From an uncultured Planctomycetia bacterium (lineage in GTDB: Bacteria > Omnitrophota > Gorgyraeia > 2-02-FULL-51-18), in NCBI GenBank assembly GCA_964642015.1, contig CAZXLF010000001.1, positions 116,846 through 180,845 on the forward strand: a stretch of 64,000 nucleotides of DNA, written 5' to 3'. The notes beneath the pieces are model-generated. The model did no database searches, had not been told where the DNA came from, and saw nothing but the letters and a program-made list of their open reading frames with translations. Shown in pieces: positions 58,157 through 64,000 of the stretch; the first letter of the stretch is position 1; each line of letters begins with the position of its first letter. Made by a program: the position numbers and the translations under genes.

Positions 58157-58510
58157 ATGAGGACAATTTTACAGCGGTTCATCTTTATATTTTTTACCCT
58201 ATTAACTTTATCTTCTCTTGCATTTGCTGTGGAAATACGGGAAAGTCAGCTGGACGAGGTTAAGCTTGGTATGAGCAAAAACAAGATCATCGCCTTATTG
58301 GGTGAGCCGGATGCGATAAGCGCTGAAGGTGGCCGCACGGACGGCAAAACTTTTGAGAGGATCGAATATAGCATTGTTAGCCGCGCCAAACCGCCAAAAG
58401 AGGGCGGGGAAGATACAGGAGAGCAGTTAGTGACGTATACTTGCTTTTTTGAAATGGCGGATGGGGTACTGGTAAGGATCGGCAGACAAGAGCGCGAAGA
58501 ATCACCTTGA
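58157..58510 (+). CDS. small exported protein, SmpA/OmlA (BamE-like) domain
   Basis: Signal peptide present. VKLGMSKNKIIALLGEPD matches the BamE LxxGMTxxQVxxLLGxP motif. Confidence 0.45.
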   Translation: MRTILQRFIFIFFTLLTLSSLAFAVEIRESQLDEVKLGMSKNKIIALLGEPDAISAEGGRTDGKTFERIEYSIVSRAKPPKEGGEDTGEQLVTYTCFFEMADGVLVRIGRQEREESP

Positions 58511-58588
58511 CACTTTTTGGGTGGACTCGGCGTCTAAATAGGCAGATACACAAAATTTTAGAGGCAAATAAGCCAAAGGAGAGCTAAA

Positions 58589-59197
58589 ATGAGCGCAAAA
58601 AATTCAAAGAAATTGATGTTAGTTATTGTAACAGCAGGACTTATAGCGTTTTCTCAAAGCAATGCGTTTGCGGATGACTGGTTGTCATCCTTGTTTGGGA
58701 GTCCTTCCAACAACAACTCACAAAACAATTCCTCCGGCTCTTATGATCAGAAGCAGATCCAGGCCGATCAGAATGCTGCGCAGGGTTTTATAGGAGCGAT
58801 CAACGCGGATAACCAGAACATCTCGAACGCCCGTTTGAAACTTGAGCAGGACCGCAGAGCAGGGGTGGATATCACAACCGACAGACAGGCGTTGCAGACC
58901 GCGATTCAAAATTTACAGATGGATCAAGGCCGCGCGAACGCAAATGCCCAAGATCTGACAAGGGAAGGTGTCGGCAATCCTTATGGCAGTCTTCTTAATA
59001 CACCGACTTATGGATACAATAACGGATACAATCGCAATGGGTATTATACAGGTTATGCGCAAAATTATCCGGGATATGCCTCGGCCGGCCCTGATCAAAG
59101 ATGGCAGCACGGTTGGGATCACCGGTATGAGAATGGCTATCGGTACAACAACGAAAGACGGCATTGGGATCCAAGAGTCCAAAGGTGGGCTGAATAA
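58589..59197 (+). CDS. secreted Asn/Gln/Gly/Tyr-rich low-complexity protein
   Basis: Signal peptide MSAKNSKKLMLVIVTAGLIAFSQSNAFA. Followed by an N/Q/G/Y/R-rich sequence. Confidence 0.45.
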   Translation: MSAKNSKKLMLVIVTAGLIAFSQSNAFADDWLSSLFGSPSNNNSQNNSSGSYDQKQIQADQNAAQGFIGAINADNQNISNARLKLEQDRRAGVDITTDRQALQTAIQNLQMDQGRANANAQDLTREGVGNPYGSLLNTPTYGYNNGYNRNGYYTGYAQNYPGYASAGPDQRWQHGWDHRYENGYRYNNERRHWDPRVQRWAE

Positions 59198-59222
59198 AAA
59201 ATAGCCGGATCGGAAAAACAAC

Positions 59223-59256
59223 AGGCGCGCTTGAAAAAGCGCGCCTTTCTTTTTTC
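59223..59256 (+). terminator. rho-independent terminator
   Basis: aggcgcgctt-gaaa-aagcgcgcct followed by ttctttttt. Confidence 0.8.
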
Positions 59257-59313
59257 TATCTTGCTCAGTTCGGGAAAATATGGCCTAATAATTAAAACGT
59301 TTAAGGGAGCCCT

Positions 59314-59766
59314 ATGAAAAAAAAATCAAAGTCCAAGACGTCCGTGGATCCATATCTTGAAGGATTGATGTCCAAATTGCTGGATCGTTTGGTGAGTCTG
59401 GAAAAGAAAATGGATGTTGTTGTTTCTCGAACGGCAGGAAAGTCCAATGGTGACGCAAATGTTCCCGCAAAACCGCGTCATGATAGGACGTTGTATGAGG
59501 CGATCTGCGCCGATTGCCATAAAATATGCGAAGTGCCTTTCAAACCTTCGGAAACCCGGCCGGTGTACTGCAAGGAATGTTTTGCCAGGAGGAAAGCCGG
59601 CGGTAAAAACAATTTAGGCGGCCACGGGATGCCGATCCTGACCCCGGTTTCTCTGCCTCCGAAGCCGGTGAGCAAGCTGGGCATGGCTAGGCCCGCGATC
59701 CCGTCTGCGCCCGAGCCAAAAAAACAAAAGAAGAAAACTTTGAAAAAAGCCAAGAAGAAAAAATAA
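59314..59766 (+). CDS. C4 zinc-ribbon protein with an N-terminal helical region and a lysine-rich tail
   Basis: CADC-x17-CKEC has the same spacing as DksA/TraR-type C4 fingers. The C-terminus reads KKQKKKTLKKAKKKK. Confidence 0.45.
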   Translation: MKKKSKSKTSVDPYLEGLMSKLLDRLVSLEKKMDVVVSRTAGKSNGDANVPAKPRHDRTLYEAICADCHKICEVPFKPSETRPVYCKECFARRKAGGKNNLGGHGMPILTPVSLPPKPVSKLGMARPAIPSAPEPKKQKKKTLKKAKKKK

Positions 59767-59904
59767 TTGAGGCAAAACAACAACCGTCAAAAAGATATTT
59801 CGCGTCTTGTCCGCGACCGGCAAAGACAAAGTCAGGATAAACTCAGGACTTCGAAGCACTTCGAATTAAAAAAAAGCGTGAACAACAAACCCAAGCAGTG
59901 ATTT

Positions 59905-60825
59905 ATGCCCTTACCTATTATTTATTCCAAGAAGTACGACATCGATATTTCCGAGCATCCCTGGCAGGTCAATAAGTACAAGGAGACGCTTAAAGTTCTT
60001 CTTGAAAAAGGCATCACCGTGCGGGAAAGAATATTATATGCCGACGAAGCCGAAGATGAGGACCTTTTGCTGGCGCATGATGAAGATTATATCACGCGTT
60101 TAAAAGAGGGAAATCTGACGCGCGAAGAGATCATGCGCTCGGAACTTCCGGTGTCACCGTCGCTCGTGCGTTTTTTCTGGGCTTCGGTGCAAGGCACGAT
60201 CATTGCTTGCCGCGAAGCGCTCGAAAAAGGAGCCGCATGTCATGTGGGCGGAGGATTTCATCACGCGTTTCCAGACTATGGCTCAGGTTTTTGCCTGATC
60301 AATGATATCGCGGTCGGAATGCGGAAAATGAAACAAGAGGATAGGATTAACAAAGCGATGGTTGTCGACCTTGACGTGCATCAGGGTGATGGCACTGCGT
60401 ATATTTTTCAAGATGATGATTCCGTTTTTACTTTTTCAATGCATCAGGAAAATAATTTCCCGTATCCCAAACAGAAAAGTGATCTCGACATTGGTCTTGA
60501 TGACGACACTGCCGACAAGGAATATCTGACACATCTGGAAACGGTATTGCCGAAGATCGTGAAATTGCACAAACCCGAACTCATTGTTTATGTTGCCGGT
60601 GCGGATCCTTATGAAGGAGACGCCTTGGGCGGTCTCGCGCTAACACTCGGAGGACTTAAGCGGCGCGATGAAATAGTTTTTGAAGAAGCCGTAAAAAATC
60701 ACATTCCATTCGTTACGGTTTTTGCAGGAGGCTATGCCAGAGATCCGCATGATACGGTAAAAATCCATTCAAATACGATCATCGCAGCAAATGAAATCCA
60801 TAAGAACATACGCGTAACTAAATAA
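59905..60825 (+). CDS. histone deacetylase-family (AcuC/acetylpolyamine amidohydrolase-like) enzyme
   Basis: GGGFHHAFPDYGSGFCLINDIAV and DLDVHQGDGT are canonical HDAC zinc-site motifs. Confidence 0.85.
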   Translation: MPLPIIYSKKYDIDISEHPWQVNKYKETLKVLLEKGITVRERILYADEAEDEDLLLAHDEDYITRLKEGNLTREEIMRSELPVSPSLVRFFWASVQGTIIACREALEKGAACHVGGGFHHAFPDYGSGFCLINDIAVGMRKMKQEDRINKAMVVDLDVHQGDGTAYIFQDDDSVFTFSMHQENNFPYPKQKSDLDIGLDDDTADKEYLTHLETVLPKIVKLHKPELIVYVAGADPYEGDALGGLALTLGGLKRRDEIVFEEAVKNHIPFVTVFAGGYARDPHDTVKIHSNTIIAANEIHKNIRVTK

Positions 60826-60836
60826 TCGGAGTAGCC

Positions 60837-61124
60837 ATGAGCATTAAAACACTTTCCAATATTACGGTTGAAATCCCTGATGAGAAAAAAATAAAAGAAC
60901 TCGGCGCGAGAAACTGGCCGATCTGGACGAAGGAGCCGTCAACGTTTGATTGGCATTATGATGATAAAGAGACATGCCTGATCCTTGAAGGAGAGGTAAC
61001 GGTCAAGACCAAAGAGGGGACGATCGGTTTTGGAAAAGGGGACTTGGTAACGTTTCCGAAAGGATTAGATTGTACTTGGCAGGTCAAAAAAGCGGTCAGA
61101 AAGCACTACAGCTTTGGAGATTGA
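60837..61124 (+). CDS. small cupin-domain protein
   Basis: 95 aa. CLILEGEVTV ... GDLVTFPKG is a cupin_3 (DUF861)-like pattern. Confidence 0.7.
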   Translation: MSIKTLSNITVEIPDEKKIKELGARNWPIWTKEPSTFDWHYDDKETCLILEGEVTVKTKEGTIGFGKGDLVTFPKGLDCTWQVKKAVRKHYSFGD

Positions 61125-61445
61125 TCTCTTTACGCGGGCAGCACGCTTTGAAAAGCGCCCGCAGGGACATCCATTCTTACGGTCATTTCCCTATAAGCCG
61201 GCTGGCTGACACTGCGCTTTACTGCGTTGAACCACCGATGCAAAGAACTGACCCTTCTTTTTCTGGCCAGTATTTCCATATCTAATGGAGTGATCCTTCC
61301 GTTGGTCATTTTTTGGCCCTTTAATATTAATAAGTTTTAGTAAGAACTGATAATAATTAAATTATACATTATAATGTTCAAAATATCCACTATTGACGCT
61401 TATTCTAAGTAACGGACATAGCTTAACTTCTGTTACAATACCTTC

Positions 61446-62252
61446 ATGCGATTACCCGTCAAAGATTTTAACCTCGAAGCAACGCTTGAATCCGGTCAAG
61501 TCTTCGGATTTCAGAAAACCGGCTCTACCTATAAAGGTGTGATAGCCGGGAATCCGGTCGCGCTCAGTCAGACCAACGGTAAGCTAGATGTAAGAGGCAA
61601 GATCTCGGAAAAAAACATTCGTTATTATTTCGATCTGGATAATGACCTTTCTCCGGTCTATAAGATCCTCGACGAAGAAAATTTATCAGCTGTTTATTCA
61701 AAGTTAAAAGGTCTACGGTTGATCCGGCAGGATTCATGGGAAGCGCTGGCGTGTTTTATTCTTTCCTCGAACAATAATGTGAAGCGCATTCAAGGCATTT
61801 GGAAGAATCTGTCGGAACATTTTAATTTAAAAAAAGAAACGCCTTTGTTCCCATCCGCGCCTCAGATCGCCTCAAGCCATGAAAGAATATTGCGTCATCT
61901 GGGACTAGGTTATCGCGCGCCGTTTCTACTTCATACGGCGCAGTTCGTTTCCAAAAGTCCCAGATGCCTGCAGTGGATACAAGAGGCTAATTACGAAGAA
62001 GCGGTGGAGCGTGTCATTGCGTTTCCGGGCATCGGCGAAAAAGTCGCGGACTGCGTGCTTTTGTACGGTTTCCAAAAATATGAAGCGTTTCCGGTGGATG
62101 TATGGATCCTTCGCGTGATGAGGAAATTGTATTTCAAGAACCGGAAAGTTTCGGAACAAAAAGTGCACGACTTCGCGCAAAAACGCTGGGGAGTAAAAGC
62201 CGGCTACGTACAACAGTATCTTTTTCACGGTGCCAGAACCGGTATTTTGTAA
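61446..62252 (+). CDS. ogg: 8-oxoguanine DNA glycosylase / AP lyase (HhH-GPD, Ogg-type)
   Basis: 268 aa. HhH-GPD motif FPGIGEKVADCVLLYG with a downstream Asp (FPVDVW). Confidence 0.8.
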   Translation: MRLPVKDFNLEATLESGQVFGFQKTGSTYKGVIAGNPVALSQTNGKLDVRGKISEKNIRYYFDLDNDLSPVYKILDEENLSAVYSKLKGLRLIRQDSWEALACFILSSNNNVKRIQGIWKNLSEHFNLKKETPLFPSAPQIASSHERILRHLGLGYRAPFLLHTAQFVSKSPRCLQWIQEANYEEAVERVIAFPGIGEKVADCVLLYGFQKYEAFPVDVWILRVMRKLYFKNRKVSEQKVHDFAQKRWGVKAGYVQQYLFHGARTGIL

Positions 62253-62297
62253 GATCATTCATTTTGAGTTATAATGAATCCAACGAAAGGCAAATCC

Positions 62298-64000
62298 ATG
62301 AGCGACGCTTTGACTTCTATCGAAAAACTTTATTCAAGTCTTAACGACAAAATTTCTTTTGCGAGGAAAAAATTCGGCCGCTCACTGACGCTCGCCGAAA
62401 AAATTTTAGCCACGCATGTATCCGATTTAAAAAACCAGGAATTTAAGCGCGGCGAAAGCTATCTTTCGCTTCATCCGGACCGCGTAGCGATGCAGGACGC
62501 GACCGCGCAGATGGCGATGCTTCAGTTCATGATGGCCGGACGCGATTCCGTCGCGGTGCCGTCGACGATCCACTGTGATCATCTGATCCAGGCTCGTGTC
62601 GGCGCAGCCGATGACATGAAGAACGCTTTGCAGACCAATAAAGAAGTCTATGATTTTTTAAGAACCGCCGCTGAAAAATACGGCATTGGATTCTGGCAGC
62701 CCGGCGCGGGGATCATTCATCAGGTTGTGTTGGAAAATTATGCTTTTCCTGGCGGGCTTATGATCGGGACGGATTCTCACACACCGAACGCCGGCGGACT
62801 CGGGATGCTTGCGATAGGTGTCGGCGGTGCTGACGCAGCGGATGTAATGGCAGGTCTGGCGTGGGAAGTGAAATGTCCCAAGCTTATCGGTGTCCATCTT
62901 AAAGGGGCGCTGAACGGCTGGACTTCCGCGAAAGATGTGATCTTGAAAGTCTGCGGAATACTGACCGTGAAGGGCGGCACGGACAAGATCGTGGAATATT
63001 TCGGTCCGGGCGTGCGTTCGATCAGCTGTACCGGCAAAGGGACGATCACGAACATGGGAGCGGAACTTGGTGCGACGACTTCCGTTTTTCCTTATGATGA
63101 AAAAATGTCCGCTTATTTGAAAGTCACAAAAAGGGAAGACGTCGCAAAACTCGCTGAAAAACATAAAGAATTTTTGACGGCTGATCCCGACGTCGAAAAA
63201 GATCCCAAGAAATTTTACGATGAAGTCATCGAGATCGATCTTTCAACACTAGAGCCTTATGTGGTCGGTCCGCACACGCCGGATTTGGCGCGGCCGATAT
63301 CTCAATTAGCCAAAGATGTGAAGGAAAAAGGTTATCCGGCTGAGCTTAAAGCGGCGCTGATCGGCAGCTGCACGAATTCTTCATATGAGGATATCGGCCG
63401 CGCCGCCAACGTCGCAGCTCAGGCAAAAAAAGCGGGCGTTAAAGCCAAATGTTATTTTTTGATCACACCCGGTTCTGACCAGATACAAAATACGATTAAG
63501 CGAGACGGGCAATTAAAAGTGCTTGAGGAGATCGGTGGCACGGTGCTTGCAAACGCTTGCGGTCCCTGCATCGGCCAATGGAAGCGTGACGACATCAAAA
63601 AAGGTGAACAGAACTCGATCATCAATTCTTTCAACCGCAATTTTCCGGCTCGCAACGACGGCAACGCCGAGACACTTTCCTTCATCGCCTCGCCGGAGAT
63701 CGTGACAGCGTTCGCATTGGCGGGACGCCTTGATTTTAATCCGTTGAGCGACAAGATCGTTTCTAACGGAAAAGAATTAAAGTTGGTTCCGCCGTCAGGT
63801 GAGGAGCTGCCGAAAAATGGTTACGCAACCGGCGAAGCCGGTTTTATCGCGCCGCTTCCCGATGCGAAACGTAAAAATGTTTCGGTGGCAGTCGATCCGA
63901 ACAGCGATCGACTCCAGACCTTAAAACCGTTTCCGGCATGGGACGGAAAAGATTTTGAAAACCTTATCGTCTTGATCAAAGCCAAAGGCAAATGCACGAC
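62298..64000 (+). CDS. aconitate hydratase (mitochondrial/Bacteroidetes-type aconitase), 5' portion; 3' end outside the window
   Basis: The ORF runs open to the window edge. It has [22 protein letters not shown] and the cluster ligands in [11 protein letters not shown] and [11 protein letters not shown]. Confidence 0.85.
   Translation, partial: MSDALTSIEKLYSSLNDKISFARKKFGRSLTLAEKILATHVSDLKNQEFKRGESYLSLHPDRVAMQDATAQMAMLQFMMAGRDSVAVPSTIHCDHLIQARVGAADDMKNALQTNKEVYDFLRTAAEKYGIGFWQPGAGIIHQVVLENYAFPGGLMIGTDSHTPNAGGLGMLAIGVGGADAADVMAGLAWEVKCPKLIGVHLKGALNGWTSAKDVILKVCGILTVKGGTDKIVEYFGPGVRSISCTGKGTITNMGAELGATTSVFPYDEKMSAYLKVTKREDVAKLAEKHKEFLTADPDVEKDPKKFYDEVIEIDLSTLEPYVVGPHTPDLARPISQLAKDVKEKGYPAELKAALIGSCTNSSYEDIGRAANVAAQAKKAGVKAKCYFLITPGSDQIQNTIKRDGQLKVLEEIGGTVLANACGPCIGQWKRDDIKKGEQNSIINSFNRNFPARNDGNAETLSFIASPEIVTAFALAGRLDFNPLSDKIVSNGKELKLVPPSGEELPKNGYATGEAGFIAPLPDAKRKNVSVAVDPNSDRLQTLKPFPAWDGKDFENLIVLIKAKGKCT

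Noticed and set aside
59840-59875. Palindromic CTTCGAAG-containing hairpin followed by an A-run
   Set aside because: The hairpin is followed by A, not U, on the + strand, and on the - strand the U-run precedes the stem. It is not a convincing terminator for either orientation.
61070-61285. 71-aa plus-strand ORF after the cupin gene
   Set aside because: It overlaps the cupin gene 3' end in another frame, has no SD, and is Arg/Ser-rich low complexity. It is probably non-coding.
1-64000. tRNA, rRNA, CRISPR array, integrase or transposase genes
   Set aside because: I scanned for GTTCGAATCC-type T-loops, short regularly spaced direct repeats, and recombinase motifs, and found none. The two low-GC islets therefore lack an identifiable mobility gene, so I did not call them mobile elements.

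Overview
The window is a bacterial chromosomal segment of roughly 48-50% GC, densely coding and mostly on the + strand. I found no rRNA, tRNA, CRISPR array, integrase or transposase.

The housekeeping backbone is clear from the ORF translations:
- Methionine and folate: B12-dependent methionine synthase (metH) with an FNR-like reductase and a YjbQ protein downstream; thymidylate synthase and dihydrofolate reductase (thyA-folA).
- Redox and sulfur: thiol peroxidase (tpx), ferredoxin-type sulfite/nitrite reductase, thioredoxin reductase (trxB), an NAD(P)H FMN reductase, a glutathione peroxidase, and a MoeB/ThiF-rhodanese adenylyltransferase.
- Nitrogen assimilation: glutamate synthase gltB-gltD, followed by a ferredoxin, trxB and a class-III aminotransferase.
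- Other core functions: queG, an NrnA-like DHH phosphoesterase, pepA, ychF, a B12-dependent class II ribonucleotide reductase (nrdJ), 8-oxoguanine glycosylase (ogg), a histone-deacetylase-family enzyme, and a partial aconitase at the 3' edge.

The gene content (metH, nrdJ, sulfite reductase, ferredoxin, a GH57 hydrolase, LuxC/LuxE homologs) suggests an anaerobic, possibly uncultivated lineage.

Several accessory-looking segments stand out against this backbone:
1. A cluster of an alpha/beta-hydrolase, a LuxE-like acyl-protein synthetase and a LuxC-like acyl-CoA reductase (37.3-40.4 kb). This resembles a luxCDE fatty-acid reductase module without luciferase genes.
2. A low-GC islet at 56.6-58.2 kb carrying an FRG-domain protein and a YiiX-like permuted papain-fold enzyme.
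3. A second low-GC islet at 15.45-16.45 kb, where about 40-bp imperfect direct repeats flank an orphan membrane-anchored ORF.
4. A PilZ protein divergent from a MEDS-domain protein fused to DnaJ-type zinc fingers, followed by a PLDc_N membrane protein, a proline-rich exoprotein and an outer-membrane beta-barrel (9.0-13.2 kb).
5. A run of exported proteins of unknown function at 53.1-56.6 kb.
6. A duplicated glycine-zipper protein at 20.8-21.6 kb.
7. Structured leaders upstream of nrdJ and thyA.

About eleven genes appear to start on GTG or TTG codons, three of which overlap the stop of the preceding gene by 4 nt (TTG at 7814 and 35759, ATG at 25731), which suggests tight translational coupling. 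All domain assignments come from recognised sequence motifs only and need an HMM or BLAST search to confirm.
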